Source: Octopus sinensis (lineage: Eukaryota). Taken from it: a stretch of 64,000 nt of DNA. Below are positions 12,858 through 26,931 of this stretch, one piece after another (the first letter of the stretch is position 1; each line of letters starts with the position of its first letter). The translations under genes were made by a program, and so were the position numbers. The notes beneath the pieces were generated by a model. The model ran no database searches and was not told the origin of the DNA. It saw only the letters and a program-made list of their open reading frames with translations. The DNA lies in NCBI RefSeq assembly GCF_006345805.1, contig NC_043000.1:118048001-118112000 (forward strand), read 5' to 3'.

Positions 12858-13450
12858 AGCTTTGATAACTTTGGTAGGTTTCTGCCAGTATAGGCCCAGG
12901 CCATGTCTAAATAGTACCACCTGGTGAAGTCTTTTAGTCATATATGAGGCACCATGGCTACCTCTAGCAAAGAGTTATAATTGTTGGAGACATATCCTAG
13001 TGTAGGAGGTTGGTCCAGGACTTTTTGAAGAAATTTGTCCAGAGAACTTTTGAATTTTATGAGATCCGTTTACATTTTGACGTATTTTGGTATGGTATCA
13101 AACAGATCTGGACCGGTTGAGGTAAAGAAGTTGTAGCGTAATGTTGTTACGAGTTCTGAGTTCGATTTTTGTAGTGGGTATATAGCACGGGGGCCAAGTC
13201 TTGCGTGAATTTTAAAATCGATGCCAGCATCATTTGTGCAATATTGAGGAAATATTTTCCACATCACACAAATGATGTAGCACTCCCGACAGCGTTTGAG
13301 TCTTTTTAGTCGACCCCAATAGTCAATGCTTGTTATGCCGTCTATGTTTCTTGTTATTGACCTCTGGAGTGCTTCCACTTTCATAATGAGTTGCTTCGCA
13401 AAGGGAGACCATACTGGACAATAGTATTCAAGGTGGGGTCGGGCAAAATT
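12858..13450 (-). mobile_element. CR1-type LINE 3' fragment
   Basis: ARPHLEYYCPVWSPFAKQLIMKVEALQRSITRNI...YWGRLKRL...TGPDLFDTIPK. The 3' UTR ccaggtggtactatttagacatggcctgg is shared with 39937-40140 and 49730-49945. Confidence 0.85.
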
Positions 13451-14370
13451 CTATAGTCACCCAGGTTGTTGAATTTAGATATATCCATTCTCAAAATTCT
13501 TATTTACACATTCATTCATGCGACTCGCCTCATTACAATGTTTTTTTCATTATTTTTATCGATATCACATTCAACAATAATTACATCTTGTATTAATGAT
13601 ATAAGTATTAATGATATATTTGATGATTGATGTTTTGTTAATTACATGGCAGATGCAAAAACTTATGACATCCACACGCGTTTTATTTTGCTTTATGATA
13701 TTTATTGAAGGTAATTTAACTCTTAACGAGAGCATTTGTGCGCCTCCGTATAAATTAGTATCTATTTCTAGCTTCTAACAAATACCAACAGGTGACAAAA
13801 TAGCTAAAATGTGATCTGGTAGAATATTTTCAGGATACATTCCGCATCTTTTCTCTTACGTATGCGAGAGCTTTAAAACAAATCTGCTTGAAAATTGCTG
13901 TGCCCTTATAGCACACCACGATCAACCACTGCATCAGTGAAAGAAATGAAGAAATGAAAGTTTAGTTCAGTTGACAGGTCTTCAAATTTCAATTCAGAGT
14001 GTCATTATACGCTTCTATGGAACGTTTGCTATAAGTAAGCAGGCCATAAGTGAATTGCTTTGGGAATAGGATAACTCTGCATCAACTAAAAGAACTTTGC
14101 ACCCCATCTTAGAAACTCACTTAGTTATGCCTCTCTGCCACTGATTTATAGAGTAATAGGACTTCACTATTGGGCTTCATGTTTTCATCGTACTTGGTCG
14201 TACAGGATTTCCGAAGAAAACACACACACACACATATTGCACAAGCACTCACAGGCACACAGACACACAAACAAACACACAAATACACAAAATAACAACC
14301 CCCAAAGTTAACGAATGTATATATATATTCAGAAGTTACAATTATTTGTGGAACCAGCAATGCCTCTTAT

Positions 14371-15050
14371 CAGGGCGACCGGAGTATTGTATGATTTACA
14401 AGTTCAAGTAAATGGGATTAGTTACAGAACCGTCAAAATAGAATGATCTCATTAATTTTTAAAAGATAAATGTAACTCTGGTAAATTAACATGATGTCCC
14501 TCCGTAATATACGTTTTCAGGTTCCCAACAGGTGTAATCGTGGCACCACACCCAACAATCTTTTCTGGAAAGTGCCTCTTCTACACATCTTTCCGAGTAC
14601 TACTCGCAAACTCCAGTCTTCGGTACGAATTTTCTTCATTAAAAGCATGGCCTATTCTTGGAATATAACTTTTCCAATAACTCTTCAAAATGCGACGAAC
14701 TCCTATGTCTTGACACGTTTGCTACTCAAATTTTCTTGAGCTTTGGCAATACGTTTCTAGTGTCCAGTTTTGATTTGCCGGGCTTGACAAAATGCGTGGT
14801 CTTCCTGAACGTTATTTTTTTGTGAACAGTCTGAATAGTTGCCTCTGCTTCAATCTTATCTTTAATTCTAGTGATGGGAAGTCTCTTTCGTGGATCAGCT
14901 TGAGAATCCATCTTCAACTGCCTTTGCAATTCAATTGTGTTTTGAATCTTCCGGTAACATTCGACGATAAATTTCCTTCGTTCGAAGCTTAGTCTGGCTC
15001 CTCTCAGTATTTCCAATGGTTTAACTCAAAACAGAAATGTAAACACAATG
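14371..15050 (-). mobile_element. Decayed Tc1/mariner transposase fragment (DUF4817-like HTH N-terminus)
   Basis: LSFERRKFIVECYRKIQNTIELQRQ...TRIKDKIEAEATIQTVHKK, then the AFNEENSYRRLEF motif. A TA-CAGGG-like end lies near 14371. Confidence 0.65.
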
Positions 15051-15254
15051 AATTGTTATCTGCTCAACTGGTTAAGGTCAAACAAGTGACAAGCAAATCT
15101 GTGGTATTGAGCAGAATATTTGTTGTAGCCCATCTTTTATACCAAGACAAAACAATGTACATGATAACATTTCCAATCGGTTAAGATCAGAAGCCACGAG
15201 AGCCACTGTCTGGTACTGAATCAGGGCATTTATTATTATTATTATTATTATTAT

Positions 15255-15470
15255 TGCAACGCAGAATCGTTAGCATGCCGGGCGAAATGCTTTGCAGTAT
15301 TTCGTCCGTCTTCACTTTCTGAGTTCAAATTTCGTTGAGAAATTTACTTAATTTCACGGGGTCGATAAATTAAGTACCAGTGAAATACTGAGGTCGATAT
15401 AATCGACTGGACCCCTCCCCACCCGCCCCCAAAACTCTTAGGCCTTGTGTCTTTAGTAGAAAGGATAATT
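15255..15470 (+). mobile_element. tRNA-derived SINE family B
   Basis: gcagaatcgttagcatgccgggcgaaatgc...gagttcaaat...ggggtcgataaattaagtaccag, recurring many times in the window. Confidence 0.85.
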
Positions 15471-16179
15471 ATTACATACATACACACATACATGCATACA
15501 TACATACAAACACACATACATGCACACATACACACACGCATAGATATACATACACACATATATGCACACATGCACACACGCATACATATACATACATACA
15601 TACATACAGATAGACATACACACATACATGGACACATATACACACACATGCACATACATACATACATACATACACACATGCATACATACATACATGCATA
15701 CATGCATACATGCATACATACATACATACATACATACATACACACACGCGTACATACAGGGGACTCTGTGTCTGTATGTAAGTTCAAGGGAAGATATAAC
15801 ATCTGCACGATTACAATTTGTTATAAATTGATAATCGATTGGTGTATAAAATTCAAAAATAATTATTCTTGAATGAAATGTCCATGCATGAGTGTAATAT
15901 AATAAAGTAATTCTGTCACAGCAGACATTAATTAATTTGGCACTAATTAACTCTGAAGTAGTATTTCAATTTAGTTTTAAATCAAATCAGTTACACGCTG
16001 CTTATTAAGTGTACTTTTACATTTAAACTGTGTGTTTCATACTTAAGACTACTGAAGGCGTTCCGATGCGAATACGATTATACGTATAAATATGCATACA
16101 TACATAAACATTGTATGTATGTATATGTATATATTTACATATACATATATCAGTGTATATATATGTATGTGTGTACATG

Positions 16180-16358
16180 TAGGCGCAGGCGTGGCTGTAT
16201 GGAAAGAATCTTGCTTACCAACCACATGGTTCCGGGTTCAGTCCCACTGCGTCGAACCTCGGGCAAGTGTATTCTACTCTAACCTCGGGCCGACTAAGGT
16301 CTTGTGAGTGGATTTGGTAGACGGAAACAGCAAGAAGCCCGTCTTATGTGAATATATA

Positions 16359-16390
<32 letters not shown>

Positions 16391-16652
16391 CATATATATA
16401 TATATACATATATACATATATGTATATATGTATGTATGTATTTATATGTTTGCGTGTCTGAGTCTGTCAACCCGTCATCGCTTCACACAACCGATGTTGG
16501 TGTGTTTACGTCTCCGTGACTCAGCGGCTCGGCAAGATAGACCTATAGAGAAAGTACTAAGATTACAAAGAATAAGCCCTGGGGTAGATTTGTTCGACTA
16601 AAGGCGGTGCTCCAGCATGGCCGCAGTGAAATGAATGAAGCAAATAAAAGAA
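16180..16652 (+). mobile_element. SINE family A
   Basis: Head, CORE-like segment, microsatellite and tail as in 9362-9753. Confidence 0.88.
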
Positions 16653-16654
16653 AA

Positions 16655-16659
<5 letters not shown>

Positions 16660-16716
<57 letters not shown>

Positions 16717-17181
16717 TATATATATATACATAAGCACACACACTTACACACACATGCACGCACGCACACACACATATATGCATGTATGTACATATGCGTA
16801 CACACACATACATACGTACATACATATATATATATGAAGTTATGTATGTACGGGAATGTATAATTGTGTAAATATATTTATGTATATTTGTACGCCACTC
16901 GATACGTAATTGTCTATGCATGCATATCTAAATTCATACGAGTTCAACAAGGTTAATTGTCAACTTTGACACAAATCCAGTAAAGTGTTCATTTTTAAAA
17001 TGAAGTTGACACACTCTTTACTCATTAAACAGACACACAAACTCAGACAGCCACACACAAGCTTACCACAGCCTCGCACGCTCCCCCTCCACACACAAAC
17101 ACACCGCAAAAACACGCATTTACTTATATACATAATGATTACGAGTGTGGAAGTATTTGGTCATTATATTATATATATATA

Positions 17182-17239
<58 letters not shown>

Positions 17240-17586
17240 GTGTGTGTGTGTGTGGTTGTATGTGTGTGTGAGTATGTGTGTGTGTGTGTAATCATTATAC
17301 ATATATATTTACATATATATATTATACATATATATTTATGTATATGTATATATATATATATATATATCTTGTATGTGTGTATTTGTGTATGTGTTTCTGT
17401 GTATATGTATGTATACACATATATATATATAGTGATATATATGCATCTATCGACGTACTAATATTCATATATAGATCATAAGTACATCCATATATACATA
17501 ATAACACAGACATACACACACACACGCACACACACACACACACACACTCACATATATTTAGGCAAAGAGAATCGTATGCATATGTG

Positions 17587-17637
<51 letters not shown>

Positions 17638-17712
17638 CACACACACTCATATATGTATTATATGTATATGTATACGTGTATGAGCATGTAGTATACAAAG
17701 GTAGACAAACAC

Positions 17713-17749
<37 letters not shown>

Positions 17750-18125
17750 GCAGGAGAGAGGGGAAGAGAAGGGGAGAGGGGGTAGAGAGAGAGAGAGGAA
17801 GAGAGAGAGTGACGTATCTGAAACATCTCTCAATTTACAAGAAGCCAAAGTACGTAAATTTGAGTATTGGAAGTGGTTTATATAACGGTTACAATAACGA
17901 CTTCATATTATTTATATTAAGATGTCTTATATTTAATATTCCTGCCAGCTTCATTTTCATGCTGGTAATTAGTTACACTTGAAAGATTTTATATATATAT
18001 ATGTGTATGTGTGTATGTGTGTGCGTGTGTATACGTGTACATGTATATGTATATATATATATGTGTGTGTGTGTATATATACATACATATATATATACAT
18101 ACATACATATATATATATACACATA

Positions 18126-18167
<42 letters not shown>

Positions 18168-18250
18168 ATATACGCATGTATATATACATATTCACACACT
18201 CATACATGTATATATGTGGTTGTATGGTTCTACGTGTATGCTTTTACTTG
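16660..18250. repeat. Compound microsatellite field ((TA)n, (CA)n, (GATA)n, (GA)n)
   Basis: Direct inspection. Short unique spacers lie between the tracts. Confidence 0.85.
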
Positions 18251-18399
18251 CACTTGAGAAAATGGCAATTATTTTTCTTCTTCTTACTACGATAAAAGGA
18301 AGATGACAAGGAAAGTGTAAAATTTTCGTAATGCCCAGTGTATGCATGTATGTGTATGTATATCTCTTCTATTTGCTCACTGAGGAGGGAGCCGGTTTC

Positions 18400-18760
18400 C
18401 ATCAAAGATACAAGGCTCCATCTTTGGGATGTAGTTAACACAGACAAATTCACATTTGGAACTTGAGAAAAGTCTTGCATATTTTCACTTTTCCACTCAT
18501 AGATTGCACTTAGCCGGTCGATTTCTCTTTCTGAAAATCCCAGTTTATCCAGATTCTCTTTTAAGCATTTACTAACAAAACCTAGCACTCCAATTATTAT
18601 TGGTATGAATATGAATTCATAGTCTGGATATAGAAACTGGAGGTTTCAAAGCAGTTGTCCATAGATATCCTCTTTTTCTTTGATTTTCAAAGAGACATTT
18701 GTATCTGCAGGCAGCTGGCCTCTGTGACAATACGTACCTTTGCCCTAACTTCTGAGCTAT
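18400..18760 (-). mobile_element. RLE-type (R4/HERO/NeSL-like) non-LTR retrotransposon 3' fragment
   Basis: With one frameshift and one stop: EASCPADTNVSLKIKEKEDIYGQLL*NLQFLYPDYEFIFIPIIIGVLGFVSKCLKENLDKLGF. This resembles the C-terminal restriction-like endonuclease region. Confidence 0.65.
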
Positions 18761-18809
18761 GTATCTTCACTTGTATATATATATATATATATCGGTTTCT
18801 TTTTATTTT

Positions 18810-19095
18810 TTACGTTTCTTTTACTTCTTGGAGTGATTGAGTTGCGGCCATGTTGAAGCATCGCCTTGAAGAATTTAATCAAACAAATCGATTCCATTAC
18901 TCTTTTATTTTGACCGTTGTTATTAAGGTAACATTCTTTTCTGCAGAACCACTGATTTACAGAGACGTGAAAAAACCAACACCAACTGACATTCGGTGGG
19001 GGTCAAATACGCCCACAACACATGCATTCACATTTGGGAGTCTGTGTACACAGGCACACATACATACATACATACATACATACATTTACGAGTCC

Positions 19096-19185
<90 letters not shown>

Positions 19186-19325
19186 GTGTACCTGTATACA
19201 CGAGAGGCAGCGATACAGTTTTTATGTGCTAAATTCAATCAAAAGGAATTCATCAGCCCGGGTTATATTAGAGACTATGTTACTTCCAAAGTGAGTTTCT
19301 AAACCACGCAGCCATGCTTGCGCCT
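18810..19325 (-). mobile_element. SINE family A (older, diverged)
   Basis: Tail gcggccatgttgaagcatcgcc, (TG)n middle and head ending ccacgcagccatgcttgcgcct. Confidence 0.75.
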
Positions 19326-19744
19326 ATGTATTTCAATACACCGTAAAGACATATGTATACATATACATATGTAAGTACAGTTATATATCCGCATGTATCT
19401 GTTAGTGGGACAGCTATGGGGAGACACGCACCATTACAGGCAAAAAGAGTGGATTTCGTATAGAAACGCTTAGCAGACCTGGAGTAGAGATTGGCGACAA
19501 CAGGAATTTGAAAACGTAGTTGAGTGATTGATTGACTGAATAATTAATCAAATCATTTGATAACTTAATTAGTTAACTGATTCACTAATTAGTTAATAAT
19601 GGTTTCAAGTTTTGGTATTAGGCCAGCAGTTTTAGGCAAAAGGGTTAGTCGAGTTCATCAACCTTAGTATTTGATGCAAGGCAAAGTTGACTTCGACGGA
19701 ATAATTAATTGACTAATAAGCCTTTCCACAGTAAGCACATGATC

Positions 19745-19935
19745 TACAATTTTGTGGGAGGGGTATATTCGATCATATCAACCCCAGTACACAACTGGTA
19801 CTTAATTTATCGAACCCCCGAAAGATTGAATGGTAAAGTCGATCTCGACGGAATTTGAACCTAGAACGTGAAGACCTATGAAATGTCACTAAGCATTTTG
19901 CCCGAGTTGCTAACAACTCTGCCAGCTCGCCGCCT
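19745..19935 (-). mobile_element. SINE family B
   Basis: Reverse complement of the family B head and central domain. Confidence 0.8.
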
Positions 19936-20671
19936 TTAATTGACTTATAATTATAAAAGAAGTGAAACAGAGCCAACGCCGGTGTTTATTGTTGGTGTAA
20001 TGACCCTCCCGAGTTACAAAAAAAATCTGTTTCAACACACCAAGTCTCTTGCATGACAAATACAAAAACGAAATATTGAAAGCTTCTTTTTGTCTTAGAC
20101 TCTTAGTCTCTTGCACCGTTTCCATCCTACTCCCCGTCATCTCCTCTCCATCTCCCCCTCTTTCACCTTCCCTCCCTGTGTCTATTTCTGCCAGTTACAT
20201 TGATTAATTAGCTCATTACATTTGTTTATATGCTTCTTGCCTCCTTTTTGTTTTTACATTCTATTTCCCATCTATATATATTTCGCTGTTATCCCCGCTG
20301 TTTGCCTGCTTGTGCGTGCGCGCATCTGTATGTGTGCTTGAGTTTGCATGTATATGCGTGTGTTTGTGTATCTTTGTATGTTTGCCTCCCTTAAGGTCCC
20401 AGATGCTCGCCTTAGATTTCTCAAACGTTTGTATCCAGTTCTGTCTGGCCATGAATCTTTCCTATAGCCCGTCCTTTTCACACACACACAAACACACACG
20501 CACACACATGTGTATATATAAAAGCATTTTTCTACCTCGCAACACTTGTTGCTCATTAATTTCCTATCTAAATACTGGATTGTTTCTTCTTGAGTTGTTG
20601 TTGTGATAGACGAAAGATGAATGTGTATGAGAATGTGGAGCGGAGGATATGGAAAGCGAAAGAGGGAACTA

Positions 20672-20716
<45 letters not shown>

Positions 20717-20737
20717 GTAATAATAATAATAATAATA

Positions 20738-20779
<42 letters not shown>

Positions 20780-21150
20780 GTAATAATAATAATATTAGTA
20801 ATAATAATAATAATAGTAATAATAATAATAATAGTAATAATAATAATAATAGTAATAATAATAATAATAATAGAAATGATAATAATAATAGTAATAAAAA
20901 TAATAATAATAATAGTAATAATAATAATATAATAATAGTATAATAATAATATATAATAATAATAATAATATAATAATAATAAATAATAATAATAATGATG
21001 ATAATAATAATAATAATAATAATGATGATATAATAATAGTAATAATAATATAATAATAAAATAATAATAATAATAATAATGATGATAATAATAATAATAT
21101 ATAATAATAATAATAATATATAATATAATAATAATAATAATAATAATAAT
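20672..21150. repeat. (AAT)n microsatellite with AGT/GAT variants
   Basis: Direct inspection. Confidence 0.97.
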
Positions 21151-21568
21151 AAAGCGAAACAAGAAAAGTATACGACAACAAAGTAAAAGATAGGAGGGGA
21201 AGGGTAAACGAAGAGGAAGAAAGAGGGGAGAAGGGAAAAAATATGAAATTAAAACGAAAAGGAAACAAACATGAAATTTACTGAAAGAAGGAAGTATGAA
21301 AAGAAAACGGAGGAAAACGAGGAAGTCAGTTCACATCAGGAAGAAATGAGGCTTATAAATTTCATTTTTTATTTTTTTGTTTTCATGTTGTGATCAGTCA
21401 GGCATAACGGACAGGTGACAATTACTTCAAGGCAACCATCTTTATGATTCTCTTCATTTCCTCTGCAGTAAGATTCTGGTCTGATTTAAGCAGCGTGTAT
21501 AGATTTATATATGAGCCATAGTCTCCGTGTTTTTTTTATATACTTGCTGTCATTTCTGCGATTTGGCT

Positions 21569-21821
21569 CTCTTACTCCTTTACTCTTTTACTTGTTTCAG
21601 TCATTTGACTGCGGCCATGCTGGAGCACCCTCTTTAGTCGAAGAAATCGACCCCAGGACTTATATTTTGTAAGCCTAGTACTTATTCTATCGGTCTCTTT
21701 TGCCGAACCGCTAAGTTACGGGGACCTAAACATACCAGCATCAGTTGTCAAGCGATGTTGGGGCACAAACACAGACACACAAACATATACACATACATAT
21801 ATATATATATATATATACATA

Positions 21822-21860
<39 letters not shown>

Positions 21861-22024
21861 GACGGACTTCTTTCAGTTTCCGTCTACCAAATCCACTCAC
21901 AAGGCTTTGGTCGGCCCGAGGCAATAGTAGAAGATACTTCCCCAAGGTGCCATGCAGTGGAAATGAACCCCGAACCATGTGGTTTGTAAGCAAGCTACTT
22001 ACCACACAGCCACTCGTGCGCCTA
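21569..22024 (-). mobile_element. SINE family A, near full length
   Basis: All family A modules present on the minus strand. Confidence 0.92.
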
Positions 22025-22364
22025 TACGTTCCCGTAACTTAGCGGCATGGTAAAAGGGAACGACAGCATATGTACCAGACTTAAAAATATATATAATGTG
22101 ATTGATTTGTTTGATTAAAAATCTTCTTGGCAGGGCCTCAGCTTAGCGACACTCCAATGACTGGAACAAATATTACATAAAAGATGTTTTATTACTCGCT
22201 GTCAAGCTTTTCCACAACAGGAAATTTCCTTGTTACTTGCATCTCCGATGTCCTGGAAGACCGAAGTCAAATAGTATCCCTTGAACTTCTGGAAGTGACA
22301 TCTGCAAGTTGAAGGGAAAAAAGTCGTTGTGTAGCGATAGAAATTTCAAAGGATTAGGAATAGT

Positions 22365-22607
22365 ATTTAGTACAAAACCATAGCCATTTCATTACTGTAT
22401 TAATTTTGAGATGCTCTGTGTTTCTTTCAGTTACTTTAAATATAACAAAGAATTTAGTAAAATAACTTAGTTATCATTCAGCTAGTGTTAGGAACATAAA
22501 TTGTGACTAAAGTTTAGTGGGAGATTTTAATTCAAAACTTATGAAAACAAGACATTTGTACTCAGAGCCAGAGCCGGTTTCAGCCGGGTTGGTATCAAAA
22601 GGGTTAA
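22365..22607. mobile_element. piggyBac-type MITE fragment
   Basis: Ends in ccgggttggtatcaaaaGGG-TTAA. The other end was not recognised. Confidence 0.5.
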
Positions 22608-22629
22608 GAAAACTGGGGCAGAAAATAGA

Positions 22630-23100
22630 TAATAAATGGGATCTGAAAAGAGAGTCTTAGTTAAGCTTGGATGGAAGTAGAAACGCATCGAATTGCAAGA
22701 AAAGAAGCCGTTGCAGCGATGATGTAAAAGGCAAGTTGAGGAGACGACATATACGTGGCTGATGGCAGTGATGTGGGTTGGTTGGTTTTGTATTAATCAG
22801 TTCAACGACTTGTTCTTTTTTTTATGCAATCTGGAATGTTAGTGTATGCAGCGACAGTGCTGTCCCAGATGAGAAGACTATAGTAATGTCCCCAATGTAG
22901 AAGCAGTTTTCTTACACTTGATCTATATGGAGTGTCACAGCTGATGAGAGTTGGAGTAAAATCAGATTCTGAATGGGCAAGCTAATGTCTGATGAGCAGC
23001 TTTTGATGGTATAACAAATGAAGATCAGCATGAAATATGAACAAACATGATGAGGCTTAGAACTTATATTGAGCTGAACAACTTTCCTCGTTGTCCAATG
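22630..23100 (-). mobile_element. L2/CR1-superfamily LINE, RT C-terminal remnant
   Basis: Decayed translation TLYRSSVRK...YYSLLIWDSTVAAYTNIPDCIKKRTS resembles LYKAQVRP.MEYC.HIW...LDRIQKRA. Confidence 0.6.
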
Positions 23101-23189
23101 CTAGAGAGGGAGCGTACAAGATTTTTTTCTTAATATGTACTGTAATATATTTGTATTTGTTTTGTTTAGAGAAATAAGTCTAGGTTTGA

Positions 23190-23812
23190 GGGACCGAAAC
23201 CCCAAACATGAACTCGACACTTCAACAGCGAATGACGACAACGGCTACAGTGTCCGCGCAATCCGACGCCCTTGCTCTCCCAGTAGGGCATTAGTTAAAT
23301 TTCGCCGACCGTCGAATGTGGTTAGCATTCGTGAGGGACATGGTGAACTTGTTAGTCGAACCCGGCTGAATCCATTCCGGGTGAATGCTGCCGCAAGTAC
23401 AAATAACTACTCCGGGACTTGCGAACATCTTGCTGGTGCAAGCGCTGTCGAGCGAAAGCCTGGTATACAGACACCATTAGGCACCAAGGATCATCAGGAG
23501 AGTATGTGCACCGTTTCAGAACCTTTCTCCCGAAAGCTTTACAGCGCACAGCTCCTTCCTCTCATTGATGTGGGGGCCCCGCTTACAGGATTCTCTGACT
23601 ATATTCGATACTGTGACCCCTTCGGTATGAATAACCATGGGATTGCACCTAGAAAGTTACCCTCCAAGGCACAAGTCTGGGCAAGGTTGTTTATGGAAGA
23701 CCAGTAGTCGCCCATGCATACCAGCCTCCCCTCTCCAGGCCACCGATGTTGTCCAAGGGAAAGGCAAAGGCCGATACAGCTTGGCACCAGTGACGTCACA
23801 GCTCATTTATTA
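23190..23812. mobile_element. Unclassified GC-richer interspersed repeat (possible LINE 5' region or SINE tail)
   Basis: Distinct composition, abuts SINE C and shows no recognisable protein motif. Confidence 0.35.
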
Positions 23813-23814
23813 AC

Positions 23815-24070
23815 GTGCAAGTAGCTAAGCACTCCACAGACACGTGTACCCTTAACGTAGTTCTCGGGGAGATTCAGCGTGACACAGGGTGTGACAAGGC
23901 TGGCTCTTTGAAATACAGGTACAACAGAAACAGGAAGAAAGAGTGAAAGAGTACAGCAGGGTTTACCACTACCCCCTACCTGAGCCTCACAATGCCCGGT
24001 CTGGGAATTGAAACCGCGATCTTACGACCCCGAGTCCGCTGCTCTAACCACTGGGCCATTGCGCCTCCAT
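23815..24070 (-). mobile_element. SINE family C
   Basis: Reverse complement of the gtggaggcgcaatggcccagtggttag head and gagaactacgttaagggtacacgtgtctgtggagtgc body. Confidence 0.85.
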
Positions 24071-24535
24071 ATTCGATCTTAAGTCCTTTTATTGGTGTAT
24101 CTAGAACAGATCGGCTTTGTGGACCTTACCCTTCTGCAGAATATAGCTTGTATGAAACGTAGGAGTGTTTGAACTTAGTTTTACAAGCTTGCAAAGCATT
24201 AATCAAAGTTTATGGTATTATCATTGTGTACAGCGATGTCTTGTTCCTACCCTGTGGTACTCAATTAGATCTTGATAGACTGGAACTAGTAAATATTACG
24301 AATCGTAAAAACCTAGATATACATCGTTCTCAGTTACTATGATAAGATACTTTAACACTTTACTATAATTTACATACTGGAGAAAGAGGATATATATCTT
24401 ATTAAATATTAAGATTGAAATACACTAACGATTAATTATTCATATATACTGCATTTCTATAATGCACTGAGATACGAACGACAGTGAAACATATATTATA
24501 TATATATAATTATAGATATATATATATATAATTAT

Positions 24536-24610
<75 letters not shown>

Positions 24611-24612
24611 TA

Positions 24613-24659
<47 letters not shown>

Positions 24660-25502
24660 CATATATATAATCATATACATATTTATGTGTGCTTGCATGT
24701 ATGTATATATAAGTATGTATGTATATATATATATATATATATGCATTTGTGTATGCATATCTGTGGGGTGCATGTATATGTGCATTGGTGTATGTATGTG
24801 TGCATATATGCGTATGTAAAGGAACGCAATACCCTTTGTTCCACAGCTACCGTATTTCAGTTTTATTTCTATCGCCTGCTGGCAAACAACAGGAGGCGTT
24901 TAAAGAATTACGGCAAAATGTACGGTAGCATGTTAAATTATCTCCTAATTCTTTATATATTTATTGCTTAAACGTCTGACATTATAACCTTACTGGTGGT
25001 TTAAGACACGAGCATCACCAAAATGAAGTATTTAGTATCATAAGTGTATCTACTCATGCTTTAAACAAGAAGCTCAAGAGATTTCCCCCCCAGTACTGCT
25101 ATTTGTAAGAAGCATTAATCCATTCAGTCTGCTGAACAAACCTCTAAAAATTATTAGCTATAAAATGAAAATAACAAAATCGTATATAATTTAGCATTAA
25201 TAGTTTTCAACCAAATGTTTTTTTTTTCCCCGATGGGATTTTCGGCAGTGCTATATTATACTAAAGAATTTCGCAGTCAGCAGATTTTTTTTTTTCCATA
25301 ATGTATTAATATAAAATTAAATTAATGTTAAATTGTAGGTCAAGAGTTGATTAACAAATCTTTTAGGAATTTTTTTTTACGAAATATATTCCGTACGAGA
25401 TTGTCACGTATGATGAGAAAAATACGCTTCTGTTATTTAATTGGAGTATCGCTGGAACGATGATAAAAACTTTATCGATTTTTCTTTCTCCTAAATAAGA
25501 TA

Positions 25503-25901
25503 TCTATATATATATAAAAGAGAGGTTGTGTGCTGTCTGTCTCCTACGATTTAGATTCCTAACTACTCCCACATTTTGCGGTGCAGTTTAACCAAAACCG
25601 GGTATCTTATTGTCGTGATTCATATCGAGCCCTTCTGGGTATTAGCGCGCGTCTACGATGAGTCTACGATTAAAAAAAAAATTACCATCAATTTTTCCCA
25701 TTTTTAATGCATTTTTGGCATATATAAGGGAAGTAACTCTCTAAAAATTTATTATTAAATCTCAGAACGTAAAAAGCTACAGTAACACACACCCCCTTTA
25801 TGGTTAGCCATATTGAGATGGCTATTATTATTTACATCTCTAAAAATGCTTATATAGTTATTTCCCTTACAAACCCGAGCAACGCCGGGCGATACTGCTA
25901 G
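25503..25901 (+). mobile_element. Non-autonomous Helitron, intact ends
   Basis: a|TCtatatatataaaag start and cccgagcaacgccggg hairpin followed by atactgCTAG|t. AT insertion site with no TSD. Same family as 33234 and 35322. Confidence 0.88.
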
Positions 25902-26712
25902 TAACGTATAAGAAAATGTTAATTCTGCTATATAAGAAGCTCGCTTCGCTATCACGTTGTTTCAAGTTCGATCCCACGACGTGGCATCTTGGACGATTGT
26001 TTTCTATTACAGTACTAGGCCGATCAATGCCTCGTGATTAAATTTGGTAGACAGACACTGTATCAAAGTCTGTCGGATAGGTGTGTGTGTTCGAGTTTAT
26101 GTGTGTGTGTGTTCTTGTATGTGTATGTATATATATGTCCTTGTGTGTATGTGTGTGTGTGTGTGCGTGAGTTCGTGCGTGCGCGTGCGTTTGTGTCTGC
26201 ACGTGTTTCTTTGTTCTGCGTTTATCATACACATTTTCCAACGCTTGGTTTATTTACATTTTCGTAACAAAGCGATTCGGCAAAAAGAAAAAACAAACCA
26301 CTGTGGCATTTAAAATATTTGAACGAAATTCAATTAATCAAATACTATGGGGACATACGTTGCAAATTATTAGTTACTTTCACTTCTATTAGACTACCAG
26401 TGGTGACAAACGGAAGATGAAAAACAATTTCTTTATGAATCTATTAACAATTCAAACGTGAAAGTTGAATACACACGTTCATTTTAAAATACCATCCGAT
26501 CGTAGCTGAAATTAAGCATATCTTTTCTCCAGGTTTATACTAAGCACTTCCAGTGCTGAAATCGTAATGATTCGCGATAATATCTTGTTGAAAAAAAAGG
26601 GGGGTTATCCATGTTTCCTTTTGTCTGTTCCGATAACAAATAATTTCTATGAATTGTGAGATAGGAACACTAACACATAACGACGAATGTTCCAGTTATA
26701 CATACATGTAAG

Positions 26713-26920
26713 GGATCTTTTCGGTCTGAACGGCAGTTTTTTCTAGCGGTGTCATATGAAATTGTCACCCATAATTATGACCCTAGTATCGATTTATTGC
26801 ATTTCAATTTTTTTAGGGTTAGGGGTGGGGGGAAGGGTATCTTTTTTCTTCACAAATGTAAATAAACCCAATCTGTTTCTTAAACGAGGGACATATTCAT
26901 ACGACACAGAATGTATTTTT
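26713..26920. mobile_element. Partial copy of the GGATC-terminal MITE seen at 37875
   Basis: Reverse complement of 38075-38284, truncated where the hammerhead-containing repeat begins. Confidence 0.8.
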
Positions 26921-26931
26921 ACCGCAATAGA

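Noticed and set aside
22945-23010. CTGATGA matches at ~22950 and ~22990 as hammerheads
   Set aside because: There is no stem II-GAAA or stem I pairing downstream, and they lie within an L2/CR1 RT remnant.
23135-23707. 190-aa ORF
   Set aside because: It lies across an interspersed repeat, has no recognisable domain and shows no convincing splice signals.
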